A stretch of 64,000 nt of DNA, from the NCBI GenBank assembly GCA_902826145.1, contig CADEDT010000004.1:5905-69904 (forward strand), written 5' to 3'. Made by a program: the position numbers and the translations under genes. The DNA is from an uncultured Caulobacteraceae bacterium (GTDB taxonomy: Bacteria; Pseudomonadota; Alphaproteobacteria; Caulobacterales; Aquidulcibacteraceae). This document shows positions 19,105-29,426 of the stretch, in pieces. Each line of letters begins with the position of its first letter. Position 1 is the first letter of the stretch. The notes beneath the pieces were generated by a model. It was not told the DNA's origin, made no database searches, and worked only from the letters and a program-made list of their open reading frames with translations.

Positions 19105-19212
19105 GAGACCCACTCCCCTAGATCGAGCCGTCCAGGCAGCGCAGGCGCGTCCGCATGTCCAGCATTTTCATGCCGGACTGCGACGAATGGCGTGGATTGG
19201 TCGATGCCCGCG

Positions 19213-20652
19213 CTAGCGGCGGGCGACGACTTCCGGCGGAACGGCCGGGCCGCCACCGAAGGCGCGATAAGTCGCGATCGCGGCGCTCGCGGCTTGCTGC
19301 TCGGCGGTGATGCGCGTGAGGCTCGCATCAATCAGCTGCTGTTCCGAACGCAAACGGTCCGCGAGACTTTGAATGCCTGCGCTGTACGCTGCGCGTGAGC
19401 CGCGTGCGGTTGTTTCGGCAGCTTCTTCTGCGGCGCGCGCGGAATTCAGGCGCTGACGTCCCTGCTCCAGCGAAACGAGCGCGTTCGATGCTTCGGCGAC
19501 GGCTTGTGTCACCGTTTGCCGATACTGGATCAGCGATTGATCGAATTGCGCGTCACGCTGACGCGACACGGCGAAGCGTTGGCCCCAGTCGAACAGCGGC
19601 ATCGAAATGATCGGCGATGCTGAAGCAAGCGTAAGGCCGGCACTTGTCGGATTGCCGATCAAGGCATCCGTGACGTTGATCGAACCGGTGAGGTTGATGC
19701 GCGGCAGGAGATCAGCGCGCGCGGCGCCTAGTTGAGCCGCGGCCACGAGCGTTTGTGCTTCGGCGCGCGCGACGTCCGGGCGGAGCCGTAGCAAATCAGC
19801 TGGCGCCGCAGGGGCTGACGTGAGTTCAAGATGCGGTACCGGTGCGTCTTGTCTCGAGAGAACGGCTTGCGTTTCAGTGGTCTCGGTTCCCGGCGCCTTG
19901 CCGCGCAAAACAGCTAGCACGTTTTCGGCGCGGCGCTGTTCAATGACCAATCCTGGCAGGCGTGCACGTGTACTTTCCGCCAAACGGCGCGCATCTGCAG
20001 CGTCTGCTTCGGAAGCGAAACCTGCGCCGGCGCTTGTCGCAAGAATGCGCGCGAGTTCGTCGGCGCTGGCGACTGAGCGCGTGAGCGCTTCGCGGCTCGC
20101 CTGCGCTGCGCGCAGATCGACGTAGGCCTGCGCCACATCGGCGGCCAACGTGACGCGCGCGCCGCGTAGGTTCGCGAGCGCGACCTGCGTGTTCGCACGC
20201 GCGCCTGTCGTTGTAGCGCCGAGTGCGAACAGCGGAATTTCCCACGAAGCTTGCGCGCCGTAAGAGCCGCTCATGGTTTCGCGCTCCGTGCCGACCGGCA
20301 CGTCACCTTCAACAATGCGCTGGTATTGGCCGCTGCCGGTTGCGCTGAGCTGCGGCAGGAATTGCGTGATCGTCGAGTAGGAAAGTGCACGCGCTTCGCG
20401 GACCCGCGACACGGCGAGCTGGACGTCAGGACCTTCCGAAAGCGCCTCGATGACGAGTTGGTTGAGAGCCGGATCGTTGAAGCCCTGCCACCAATCGGTG
20501 ACTGGCAGCTCGGCGCCCTGAGGGGCATCGCGCCAGGCTGAAGGCAGCGGCGGCGCCTCGGCCCGCTCGCTCGGCATGGTCACGCAGCCGGCGGCCGAGG
20601 CCAGCGCGACAGCCAGCGCGACGCCTCGCAAAGGGTTCACGACTGCAGCCAT
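19213..20652 (-). CDS. NodT/TolC-family outer-membrane efflux lipoprotein
   Basis: AAGC lipobox, WWQGFNDPALNQLV, PADLLRLRPDVARAE, LPRINLTG. Confidence 0.92.
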   Translation of the reverse strand: MAAVVNPLRGVALAVALASAAGCVTMPSERAEAPPLPSAWRDAPQGAELPVTDWWQGFNDPALNQLVIEALSEGPDVQLAVSRVREARALSYSTITQFLPQLSATGSGQYQRIVEGDVPVGTERETMSGSYGAQASWEIPLFALGATTTGARANTQVALANLRGARVTLAADVAQAYVDLRAAQASREALTRSVASADELARILATSAGAGFASEADAADARRLAESTRARLPGLVIEQRRAENVLAVLRGKAPGTETTETQAVLSRQDAPVPHLELTSAPAAPADLLRLRPDVARAEAQTLVAAAQLGAARADLLPRINLTGSINVTDALIGNPTSAGLTLASASPIISMPLFDWGQRFAVSRQRDAQFDQSLIQYRQTVTQAVAEASNALVSLEQGRQRLNSARAAEEAAETTARGSRAAYSAGIQSLADRLRSEQQLIDASLTRITAEQQAASAAIATYRAFGGGPAVPPEVVARR

Positions 20653-20764
20653 TCCCGATTGCTCCTCAAGCACTTAGGCGTCTGGAAAGCAGCGGCTGAG
20701 ACAATCAGCCTGCGCAAGCGATTTGGGTTTTCAGCTTGACGCCGTCCAGGTTTAACATTTAGAG

Positions 20765-20778
20765 AACGAACATTCGTT
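20765..20778. promoter_or_regulatory. Inverted repeat AACGAA-CA-TTCGTT, putative TetR operator of the efflux locus
   Basis: 6-bp arms in the divergent tolC/tetR intergenic region. Confidence 0.5.
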
Positions 20779-20842
20779 TTATATGCGTCGCAACAAAGCG
20801 GCGCAAGCCGTTTCCGGCAATCAGGTACCTGGGGAGCCACCT

Positions 20843-21442
20843 TTGGCCCGTCTAGCCGATCCCGAACTGGCCGAGCGCCGGCGGCGTCAGATCATGGACG
20901 CGGCCATCGCCTGCTTTCGCCGCCGGGGGTTCCACCAGTCGACCATGGCTGAGATCTGCGCCGAGGCGAGCGTCAGCGCCGGCGCGCTCTACCGTTACTT
21001 CTCCAGCAAGGCCGATATCATCGGCGCCATCGCCGAGGACAAGCGCGGCGAGAGCGACCAAGCGTTTCTGCGCGCCGCAGAGGAGCAAGGTTTTGTTCCT
21101 GCAATGTGCCTTGCCGCGCGAGGTTTCTTCGACAAGTTCGCCGATGGAGATGGCGCGCTCATCGCCGACATCTTCTCTGAAGCGATCCGTGACGATGCTG
21201 TGGCGGCGCCATTGCGCGCTGCCGACGATCAAAGTGTCAAAATCTTCATGCGCGCCGTCACGGCTGCGCAAAAGCGCGGCGAAATCGAAACCACACTTGA
21301 TCCTGAAACCGTCACCGACACCTTGTTTGCAGCGCTTGAAGGCATAGGTCTCAGGCGCGCTTTTCGCCGCGACATCAATACTGAAGCCGCGGTCTCCCAG
21401 TTTCGTGCGCTCGCAGAGCGCTATCTCGAGCCACGCAAATGA
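20843..21442 (+). CDS. TetR-family regulator of the RND locus
   Basis: RRRQIMDAAIACF...GFHQSTMAEICAEASVSAGALYRYFSSKADI; TTG 20843 after GGGGAG chosen as start. Confidence 0.9.
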   Translation: MARLADPELAERRRRQIMDAAIACFRRRGFHQSTMAEICAEASVSAGALYRYFSSKADIIGAIAEDKRGESDQAFLRAAEEQGFVPAMCLAARGFFDKFADGDGALIADIFSEAIRDDAVAAPLRAADDQSVKIFMRAVTAAQKRGEIETTLDPETVTDTLFAALEGIGLRRAFRRDINTEAAVSQFRALAERYLEPRK

Positions 21443-22746
21443 ATAAGCCAGAAGACCAAGAAGACTTCACCAAAGCGGAAGGCTTCTTCAAGCGCGCGAA
21501 GGACGCGAGCGGCAAAGCGTTGCGCACAGCGCGTGACGCCGGCAAGCGTGCGTGGGATCGCGCGACAGATGCGCCGGACGAGAACAAGCGCCGCACAAAG
21601 ATTCTCTGGCTCACGGGCGGCGGCATCGCCGCTTTGATCGCGGTGCTGTTTGTGTTGAGCCGCTTGGGTGGCGATGACAACATCGAAGCGCCAGCGCCGA
21701 CGGCGCAGGCCGTGAGCGTCATTCAAGTGCAAGCGCGTGCGTTTGAGACCGAAGTCTCACTGAACGGCGAAGCGCGGCCTGTGCGCGACATTCAAGTCGC
21801 CGCGCCGGCGACGGGTGTCCGCATCTTGCAAATCCTCGTCGATGAGGGCGACACTGTGCGCCAAGGGCAAGCCATGGCGCGGCTCGATACGGCGCTTTCG
21901 ACGGCGCAGACGCGCGCGGCGCAGGCGAACGTGGCTGAAGCGGAGTCGGCGTCGGTGCGCGCGCGTGGTGAATATGAGCGCGCGGAATCCATTCGCGACT
22001 CCGGCGCACTCTCAGCGGAAGCGATCGAACAACGCCGTTCTGCCGCGATCGCGGCGGACGCTCGCCTTGCCGCGTCCCGTGCGCAGCTCGCGGAAGTCAA
22101 TGCGCGCCTCGGTGGCGGGTATGTGCGCGCGCCGGCGTCGGGTTTGGTGATCGACCGCACGGCTGAACTCGGGCGCTCAGTTGATGGCCAGGTCCTCTTC
22201 CGCATCGCCGCAGACAACCGCCTTGAAGTCTCCGCTCAGGTTGCTGAAAGCGACGTGCTGGCGATGCAGGAAGGGCAAAGCGCGACGTTCTCGCTTGTCG
22301 ATGGCTCGACCGTAGAAGGCACGCTGCGTCGCCTCCCCGCATCGATCGATAGCCGCACGCGCACGGGCGAAGCGTTGTTCTCACTGCCGCAGCGCTCGCG
22401 CGTCCGTGCAGGCATGTATCTGCGCGGCCACGCCGACCTGCCGCCGCGCGATGTGATCGCTGTACCGCAAAGCTCGGTGCTCTACGATAGCGGTCAGGCC
22501 TATGTGTACGTCGTTGATGGCACGAACCACGTGCAACGCGCGGACATCCGTCTTGGTGGACGAGACGGTGATTGGGTCGAAGTCGCTACCGGTCTCGACC
22601 TGAACCAACGCATCGTCGGCTCGGGCGCGGCGTTCCTGCAGAATGGCGAAGAAGTGCGTGTGCTGCAAACGCCTGCGGCAACGCAACAGCCTGCGGCAAA
22701 CAACGTCGCACCGTCCGAAAACGACATTCGCGGCCGGAAAGGCTGA
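21439..22746 (+). CDS. RND efflux membrane fusion protein
   Basis: ILVDEGDTVRQGQ lipoyl-like motif, alpha-hairpin, VRAPASGLV, LRAGM-like VRAGM. Confidence 0.92.
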   Translation: MNKPEDQEDFTKAEGFFKRAKDASGKALRTARDAGKRAWDRATDAPDENKRRTKILWLTGGGIAALIAVLFVLSRLGGDDNIEAPAPTAQAVSVIQVQARAFETEVSLNGEARPVRDIQVAAPATGVRILQILVDEGDTVRQGQAMARLDTALSTAQTRAAQANVAEAESASVRARGEYERAESIRDSGALSAEAIEQRRSAAIAADARLAASRAQLAEVNARLGGGYVRAPASGLVIDRTAELGRSVDGQVLFRIAADNRLEVSAQVAESDVLAMQEGQSATFSLVDGSTVEGTLRRLPASIDSRTRTGEALFSLPQRSRVRAGMYLRGHADLPPRDVIAVPQSSVLYDSGQAYVYVVDGTNHVQRADIRLGGRDGDWVEVATGLDLNQRIVGSGAAFLQNGEEVRVLQTPAATQQPAANNVAPSENDIRGRKG

Positions 22747-22752
22747 TCGCTC

Positions 22753-25700
22753 ATGGCTTGGAACATCTCTGCCGGTGCGATCCGCAATCCGATCCCGCCG
22801 ATCCTGCTCATTCTCGCTCTGCTGTTCGCAGGCTGGACGGCCTACGGCCGCCTGCCGATCAACCAACTGCCGAACGTCGATTTCGGCGGCTTCACCGTCA
22901 CCGTCGCACAAGCGGGTGCGGCGCCGGCGGAAATGGAAACACAGATCACGCAGCGCATCGAAGCTGCGCTGACGTCTGTCGAAGGCGTAAAACGCGTTAC
23001 CTCAACCATTTCGCCCGGCGTCTCGGTGACAATGGTGGAAATGGAGAGCGACGGCGATCTTGGCCGCGCCGTCGATGACGCACGCGATGCGATTCAACGC
23101 ATCCGCGCCGACTTGCCTGCCGACATCACCGAGCCTGTCGTTCAGCGCATCGACGCCGCGAGCCAACCGATCGGCTATTACGCCGTCGAAGGCGAAGGGA
23201 TGACGCCCCAGGATATTTCCTGGTTCATCGACAACGACCTGCAACGCGAATTGCTTGCCGTGCCCGGCGTGAGCGCGGTGACGCGCCTTGGCGGCGTCGA
23301 TCGTGAAATTCGTGTCGAACTCGATCCGGCGCGCATGCTTGCGTACGGCGTCTCCGCCGATCGCGTGAACACGCAATTGCGCCAGATCAACGCCGACCTC
23401 CCCGGCGGTCAGGCAGAAGTAGGCGGCCAAGCCCAATCCATCCGCACGCTCGGCGGCGCGCAATCGCTGCAAGAACTGCAGAATCTGAGAATATCCACGG
23501 CTGATGGCGGCACAGTTCGTTTGGCCGACCTCGGCACGGTTACCGACAGCGCCAGCGATCTGAATTCGATCTCGCGTTACAACGGTCAGCCCGTCGTTGG
23601 CTTCATGGTGCAGCGCTCGCGCGGCGCCTCAGAGGTGCAAGTATTCGACCGCATGGATGCGCAGATCGAAGAGATCGAGCACGCACGCCCAGAACTTCAC
23701 ATCACTGAGATCGCCTCAACCGTTGAATTCATCCGCGGCATGCACGAGAGCTCGATCGAAGCGCTGATCGAAGGCGCGTTGCTGGCGTGCTTGGTCGTAT
23801 TCCTGATCCTGCGCGACTGGCGCGCGACGCTCATCGCCGCCGCCGCCATCCCGCTGTCAATCTTCCCGACGTTTGCCGGCATCGAAGTGCTGGGCTTTAC
23901 GCTCAACATGGTGACCTTGATCGCGCTGGCGCTCGTTACCGGCGTCCTTGTCGACGACGCCATCGTCGAGATCGAGAATATCATCAGGCATATGCGCATG
24001 GGCAAAAGCGCCTATGCGGCCGCCCTTGAGGCCGCCGATGAAATTGGCCTCGCCGTCGTCGCGACGACAGGCTCGATCATTGCCGTGTTCCTGCCCGTGA
24101 GCTTCATGGAAGGCGGGATGGGCGTCTTCTTCAAAGAGTTCGGCTTGACCGTCGCGCTCGCGGCGTTCTTCTCACTCGTCGTCGCGCGCTTGATCACGCC
24201 GATGATGGCCGCATTCTTCCTAAAGAACGAAGGTCATGAAGCCGAAGCAAAGCCGGGCGTATTCACGGATGTCTATCACGACGCGCTGAGCTGGGCGATC
24301 CGCAATCCGTGGAAGACGGTAGGCATCGGGCTTGCCGTATTCGTCGCCTCGATCATGCTTGCGAGCACGGTGCCGTCGGTCGTGATCCCGCGGTTCGACA
24401 ATGGCATGATCCAAGCGCGCGTCGAAATTCCGCCGGGCACGCCGGTTGTTGAAGCGGATCGCGTGCTGCAGCGGATGAGCGCGCGCATTCGCGAAAATCC
24501 AGAAGTAATCGGCGTGTTCACGTCGATGAATGGCGCCGACGGCTCGGCGCCCGACGCGAACATGTTCATTCAGCTCACACAGCGGAAAGAGCGCGATCGC
24601 TCGTCTTACGCGATCCAGCAGGAAATGCGCCCGATGCTGTCCGAATTCGCGGACTATCGCGCCGCGTTCGTGCAGGATCAGGGTGGCTCGTCGGGCTCCG
24701 ACATTACTGTACAATTTGTCGGCCAAGATCCGGCTGCTGTGAACGCGGCCGCTGATCGCCTCGCCGCCGCGATGGGTCAGTTGGACTCGCTTGCGGACGT
24801 GCGTTCCACTTCAGCGCTGCGACGCCCTGAAATTCAGGTGCGGCCGCGTCAGGAAGACATGGCGCGTCTTGGCGTGACCTCGGCCTCCCTCGCCTCCGCC
24901 ATCCGCATCGCCACAAGTGGCGATGCGGAGCAAAACCTGCCGAAGTACGATCTGGCCGATCGCCAAATCCCAATCCGCGTCACGTTGCGGCCCGATCTGC
25001 GCAGCGATCTCGACGCGCTGCGTTCGCTCCCCGTGCAATCGACGCTCGGCGCGCCGGTGCGCATCGATGCGGTGGCGGACGTGCAATTCTCACTGGGCGA
25101 AGCCACGATCGAACGGCGTGACCGTGAACGCGCGGTGACGGTGGGCGCCAACGTACGACCCGGAACGCAGCTCTCCACCGCGCAGCAGGAAGTGTTCGCG
25201 CTCCCCGAAGCAAAGGGCGGTCCCGGCGCACGTCTCGCGGCTGGCGGTCAGACCGAAGACTTCGCGGAAATGACCGCGAGCTTCGGCAGCGCGATGCTGT
25301 GGGGCATCATCCTCATCTACATCGTGCTGGTGCTACTCTTCCGCGACTTCTTCCAGCCGATCACGATCATGACGGCGCTCCCGCTTTCACTCGGCGGCGC
25401 CTTCCTCGGGCTCATTATCGCCAATCAGCCGCTCTCGCTGTTCGCATTTATCGGCTTGCTGATGCTGATGGGCCTGGTGACCAAGAACTCGATCCTGCTC
25501 GTCGACTTCGCCGTTGAGCGCATGCACGCGGGCATGAGTCGAAATGCAGCGCTGATGGAAGCTGGCATGAAGCGCGCGCGACCGATCATCATGACGACGT
25601 TCGCGATGTCCGGCGGCATGATCCCGGCCGCAGCGGGCTGGGGCGTTGACGGCACGCTACGTCAAGGCATGGGCGCGGCGGTGATCGGCGGGCTGATGCT

Positions 25701-25839
25701 TTCGACGCTGCTCAGTTTGGTGTTCGTGCCGGCGATGTTTGTGCTGATCGATAAGCTCGAACATTGGGTGCAAGGCTTCTTGCCGAAGCCTACGGCTCAC
25801 CAGGATCCCGAAGAGAGCGCGCATACGCCCGCCGAATAG
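22753..25839 (+). CDS. AcrB/AcrD/AcrF-family RND permease
   Basis: 1028 aa; GVLVDDAIVEIEN, GLVTKNSILLVDFA, RARPIIMTT. Confidence 0.96.
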   Translation: MAWNISAGAIRNPIPPILLILALLFAGWTAYGRLPINQLPNVDFGGFTVTVAQAGAAPAEMETQITQRIEAALTSVEGVKRVTSTISPGVSVTMVEMESDGDLGRAVDDARDAIQRIRADLPADITEPVVQRIDAASQPIGYYAVEGEGMTPQDISWFIDNDLQRELLAVPGVSAVTRLGGVDREIRVELDPARMLAYGVSADRVNTQLRQINADLPGGQAEVGGQAQSIRTLGGAQSLQELQNLRISTADGGTVRLADLGTVTDSASDLNSISRYNGQPVVGFMVQRSRGASEVQVFDRMDAQIEEIEHARPELHITEIASTVEFIRGMHESSIEALIEGALLACLVVFLILRDWRATLIAAAAIPLSIFPTFAGIEVLGFTLNMVTLIALALVTGVLVDDAIVEIENIIRHMRMGKSAYAAALEAADEIGLAVVATTGSIIAVFLPVSFMEGGMGVFFKEFGLTVALAAFFSLVVARLITPMMAAFFLKNEGHEAEAKPGVFTDVYHDALSWAIRNPWKTVGIGLAVFVASIMLASTVPSVVIPRFDNGMIQARVEIPPGTPVVEADRVLQRMSARIRENPEVIGVFTSMNGADGSAPDANMFIQLTQRKERDRSSYAIQQEMRPMLSEFADYRAAFVQDQGGSSGSDITVQFVGQDPAAVNAAADRLAAAMGQLDSLADVRSTSALRRPEIQVRPRQEDMARLGVTSASLASAIRIATSGDAEQNLPKYDLADRQIPIRVTLRPDLRSDLDALRSLPVQSTLGAPVRIDAVADVQFSLGEATIERRDRERAVTVGANVRPGTQLSTAQQEVFALPEAKGGPGARLAAGGQTEDFAEMTASFGSAMLWGIILIYIVLVLLFRDFFQPITIMTALPLSLGGAFLGLIIANQPLSLFAFIGLLMLMGLVTKNSILLVDFAVERMHAGMSRNAALMEAGMKRARPIIMTTFAMSGGMIPAAAGWGVDGTLRQGMGAAVIGGLMLSTLLSLVFVPAMFVLIDKLEHWVQGFLPKPTAHQDPEESAHTPAE

Positions 25840-26976
25840 TCAGCGCGAGCGTCCGCGGGCGCTGACGGGCCAGATGTCGATCAACGTGCCGTCGCGCACG
25901 ACGTGATAGGCGTCGTAGAGATTCACTGTCGGGTCGCAATGGGGCACAGCGAGGCTGACGTGATCGCCGATGCGGAACGTGTGATCCGGCGCGATCAGCG
26001 CGCCATGCTCATCGCCCATAAACACGAACATTGCGGCCTCAGGCGCGCCAGCCTTCACCACCGGCAAGCCGCCGTCGGTTGAGAGCGCTTTGAAGCCGGC
26101 GTCGATTGTCGCCATCGAAGCTGAGTTCGCCGAGATGACGTGCGCGTCGACGAAGAGCGACGTCTCGAACGGCTTGCCACTGTGCCCATCGAGATCGCAG
26201 TCGATGTACTGCTTATCCATGAAGACATACGAGCCGGTCTGCAGCTCCGTGAGCACGCCGAGCTCCGCGTCGATGCGATGCGTGCCGGTACCACCGCCGG
26301 TGATGACTTCCGGCGCGAAGCCGGCATTTCTCAGTGCTTCGATCACTGACGAGAGATAGTCGGTTCGATCTGCGATGGCGGCGCGCCGATCCGCGAAGGA
26401 CTCGATGTGCTGCTGTGCGCCGCAATAATATTGGACGCCCGCGTACTTCAGCGCTGGCAAAGTCGCAATGCGCTTCGCGAGCGCGATCGCTGCCTCGGCT
26501 GACGGCACGCCGGTACGGCGAATGCCGGGATCGATGTCGACGAGTACGGCAAGCGTTTGGTTCGCGGCTTTCGCGACCGTGGCAAGCGCGTCGACGTTAT
26601 CCGGATTGTCGGCGACCACGCGGAGATCGCCGATGCGCGCGCTCAAGGCAATCAGCCGCTCGATCGCCTGCGGCGTGACGACGGGCGAGGTGATGAGGAT
26701 ACCGTTGATCGCGCCTGCGGCGAGCGCCTCGGCCTCCCCCAACTTCGCACAGCACACGCCGACCGCGCCCGCCGCCATCTGGAGTTTCGCGATTTCGACA
26801 CTCTTGTGCGTCTTCGCGTGCGGACGAAGCGCAAGCCCCCTATCCTGCGCGAACGCCGCCATGGCTTCGATGTTGCGTTGAAGTGAATCGCGATCAATCA
26901 CCAAAGCCGGCGTGTTCAGCGACAAGCGCGACCCTTGCCGGCCGATCAGATGCTTGTGCAGATCAATGTCGCTCAC
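25840..26976 (-). CDS. DSD1-family PLP-dependent enzyme (D-threonine aldolase-like)
   Basis: LRPHAKTHK (PLP Lys), GGGTGT, ELQTGSYVFMD, DAGFKA, GDEHG, HCDPTVNLYD. Confidence 0.92.
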   Translation of the reverse strand: MSDIDLHKHLIGRQGSRLSLNTPALVIDRDSLQRNIEAMAAFAQDRGLALRPHAKTHKSVEIAKLQMAAGAVGVCCAKLGEAEALAAGAINGILITSPVVTPQAIERLIALSARIGDLRVVADNPDNVDALATVAKAANQTLAVLVDIDPGIRRTGVPSAEAAIALAKRIATLPALKYAGVQYYCGAQQHIESFADRRAAIADRTDYLSSVIEALRNAGFAPEVITGGGTGTHRIDAELGVLTELQTGSYVFMDKQYIDCDLDGHSGKPFETSLFVDAHVISANSASMATIDAGFKALSTDGGLPVVKAGAPEAAMFVFMGDEHGALIAPDHTFRIGDHVSLAVPHCDPTVNLYDAYHVVRDGTLIDIWPVSARGRSR

Positions 26977-28247
26977 GCGGCTCGTCCCTGGATGTCGAAC
27001 AATTGCATCAGATGCGCATTGGCGAACTTCGCACTTGGGTCAATCGCGTCGCGAACAGATTTGAACTTTGCCGCATCCGGATAGAGCGTGTCGACGTCGC
27101 GCGCCGTCAATGTGTGGCGCTTGGCCCAGTGTGGGCGACCGCCATGGGCGCGAAAAATCGGTTCAGCTTCCGCGAAGAGATCGCGCCACGGCATCTTCGC
27201 GTACTGGTGCATCGAGATCGACGCACCCGGCGTGGCGTTGAACGGCGAGAGCCAGATGTCGTCGGCGGCGGTCAGGCGAAATTCGAAGGGGAATGTCACG
27301 GGCAGCTTGCGCTTCCCGATCCAGGCGATGACTTCCTTCAGCGCCGCCCAGCCGTTGGCGCGCGGCAGTTCATATTCCATTTCCTCGAACTTCACCGTGC
27401 GATCGGAAGGAAATATCTGATAGGCAGGTCCGACGCGGCGCTGGCGCACGCCCGGGCCAATAATGTGCGGCTGCAGGCGAGATGTCAGGAACGGCGCCAC
27501 CGAACACACGTCGCAGACCATCTTGAACAGCCGATCATCCATGTCGGTCATGTGTTTCAGCGGGCCTTCGGCTGGCGCAGGGTTTAGTGTCTTGAGCGCA
27601 ACGTGGCTGCCATACGGAAAGATGAAGAACTCGACGTGGCGGTTGCTCTTCGCCAGCTCGTCCCATCTCTCCTCAATCTCCTCGATCGGGTGAGATTCAA
27701 CGCGCTCTTCAAGGTGATAGGCAGGCAATACGTCGATCTCGATCGCCGTCGCGACACCAACGAGGCCTAGCGACAAGCGAGCCGCTCGGAAAAGGTCAGG
27801 CCGTTCAGTCTCGCTGCACGTGACGATCGAACCATCAGCCATCATCAGACGAAACGCGCGAGCCGCCGTTGAGATCGAGCCCAGTTCGGCGCCTGTGCCG
27901 TGCGTGCCGGTGCCAATCGCGCCGGCGAGCGATTGTGGGTTCACGTCGCCTTGGTTGATCAGCGACACGCCCTCTTCCCAGAGCGCGGCGGTCAGCTTGG
28001 CCAAACTCCAACCCGCTGGGGCCCAGACACGGGTTTTGTCGGCGCTAAGTTCGACGCTGCCTTCAAGGTCAGCAAGCGAGAGCAAGGTCCCGCCGGTTTC
28101 GCAGAGCGGCATGAAGGAATGGCCAGCACCCACGACGCGGACCTTCTCCGCTCGCGCGACCAGCGCGGCGAGTTCAGTTTCCGTTTTTGGGCGCGCGATC
28201 TCGCTTGGGGCGCCGGTGACGCTGCCGGACCAGTTCGTCCACTTCAT
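26973..28247 (-). CDS. FAD-dependent D-arabinono-1,4-lactone/aldonolactone oxidase family protein
   Basis: WTNWSG, VGAGHSF, GTGTHGTG, FEEMEY, GGRPHWAK. Confidence 0.9.
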   Translation of the reverse strand: MKWTNWSGSVTGAPSEIARPKTETELAALVARAEKVRVVGAGHSFMPLCETGGTLLSLADLEGSVELSADKTRVWAPAGWSLAKLTAALWEEGVSLINQGDVNPQSLAGAIGTGTHGTGAELGSISTAARAFRLMMADGSIVTCSETERPDLFRAARLSLGLVGVATAIEIDVLPAYHLEERVESHPIEEIEERWDELAKSNRHVEFFIFPYGSHVALKTLNPAPAEGPLKHMTDMDDRLFKMVCDVCSVAPFLTSRLQPHIIGPGVRQRRVGPAYQIFPSDRTVKFEEMEYELPRANGWAALKEVIAWIGKRKLPVTFPFEFRLTAADDIWLSPFNATPGASISMHQYAKMPWRDLFAEAEPIFRAHGGRPHWAKRHTLTARDVDTLYPDAAKFKSVRDAIDPSAKFANAHLMQLFDIQGRAA

Positions 28248-28287
28248 GCGAGCGCTTTAGATGGTTTCACATTGAGGTGAAATGATT

Positions 28288-29274
28288 TCAGCGCCGGAGC
28301 GGCTCCGTCTTCGCGAGAGAAAGCTCAGCCCAGCGCCGCGTGGCGCTCTGTAGCAAGGTCGGCGCGATTTGCTTGTGCTCTTCAATCAAGCGGTGGCGCA
28401 ACGCGGAGAGCGCGAGATGCTCGCGGCATGCGCCAGGCTCAGCACTTGCCAGCATGTGCATGTCGTTGAGTCTGCCGAGATCGCCTTGCAGGCGCTTAAG
28501 AATGCCGACCATTGTCGCGGCACTCTCATCGTAGCCAATGGACAATTCAGCGCTATAGCGCAACGCCTTCATTTGTTTTCGCAGATCGTGACGATCGATA
28601 TCCGCCAGCAAGCGCAGATCATCACCGTAGCCCACCGCTCGTTCCCTCAGTCCCAGCAGCGCCTTCTGAAGGAGCACGCCAGCCGAGCCCGCGCGGCGCA
28701 TACGTTTTTCTCTGGTGCGCCACTCACCACTTCTCGATTGAAGGATCAGGTCATTCGCAAACGCCGTTGCGCGCGCGGCGCTCAGGCTGGCGCGAACTTT
28801 GCCGCGAACCTCTTCACGCCAAACCTCCGCGGCGCGCATCGGCGCCACATCGAGGCCGAGGGCTGGCCGAAACATCTCTTCGACGATCACATCTGCATCG
28901 CGCAGCTCGCCCACGATCGCGCCGACGTAACGGGCAACCCAAGCCATACGCTTGGCCTCGGCGCGGCGGATTGCTGGTTTGAAGATGCGCAACGTCGTGC
29001 GCAGTCTGCGCAAGGTGACACGCAGTTGATGCGCCCCCTCTGGGTCCGTCTCGGTGAGAACACAACGCAGATTCTCAGCGATCACAGCGGCGTAGTGAGC
29101 CAGCACGAACCCAAACGCCTCGTGCGCGGAAACGTCCGCGCTGAGTGCAATCGGATCGGGACGAACCGGCGCGGCGCCGCGCAGGGCGTGGCCGCCAGCG
29201 ATTTGCAGCGCCGGCGCAATGCCTGCGTCGCGCGCGGAAACGCGCTTCGCGACCAACCGATCCCCTTCCCACAT
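28288..29274 (-). CDS. CHAD domain protein
   Basis: PEGAHQLRVTLRRLR, LRDADV, RHDLRKQMKALRYSAE, LQGDLGRLND. Confidence 0.88.
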   Translation of the reverse strand: MWEGDRLVAKRVSARDAGIAPALQIAGGHALRGAAPVRPDPIALSADVSAHEAFGFVLAHYAAVIAENLRCVLTETDPEGAHQLRVTLRRLRTTLRIFKPAIRRAEAKRMAWVARYVGAIVGELRDADVIVEEMFRPALGLDVAPMRAAEVWREEVRGKVRASLSAARATAFANDLILQSRSGEWRTREKRMRRAGSAGVLLQKALLGLRERAVGYGDDLRLLADIDRHDLRKQMKALRYSAELSIGYDESAATMVGILKRLQGDLGRLNDMHMLASAEPGACREHLALSALRHRLIEEHKQIAPTLLQSATRRWAELSLAKTEPLRR

Positions 29275-29426
29275 GAGTCTCAGCCTAGGATGAGCATTCG
29301 GACGTTTCCAGGCGAGAGCGGCGTTTCACCGTCACGCGACCGTCATAAAACGGAGACGAAAGTGCGTTTTCCACAGGATTCATCGAAAGGCCGCATCCCA
29401 GCTGTCTGGCATCACCAGCGCGCACA

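Noticed and set aside
17404..19398. Long plus-strand ORFs (271 and 376 aa)
   Set aside because: Antisense to the M16 peptidase; no motifs. The same applies to most other short overlapping ORFs in the track.
16297..25839. M16 peptidase plus TolC/TetR/MFP/RND as a novel peptide-export system
   Set aside because: All components look canonical and no precursor peptide gene is visible; probably ordinary backbone.
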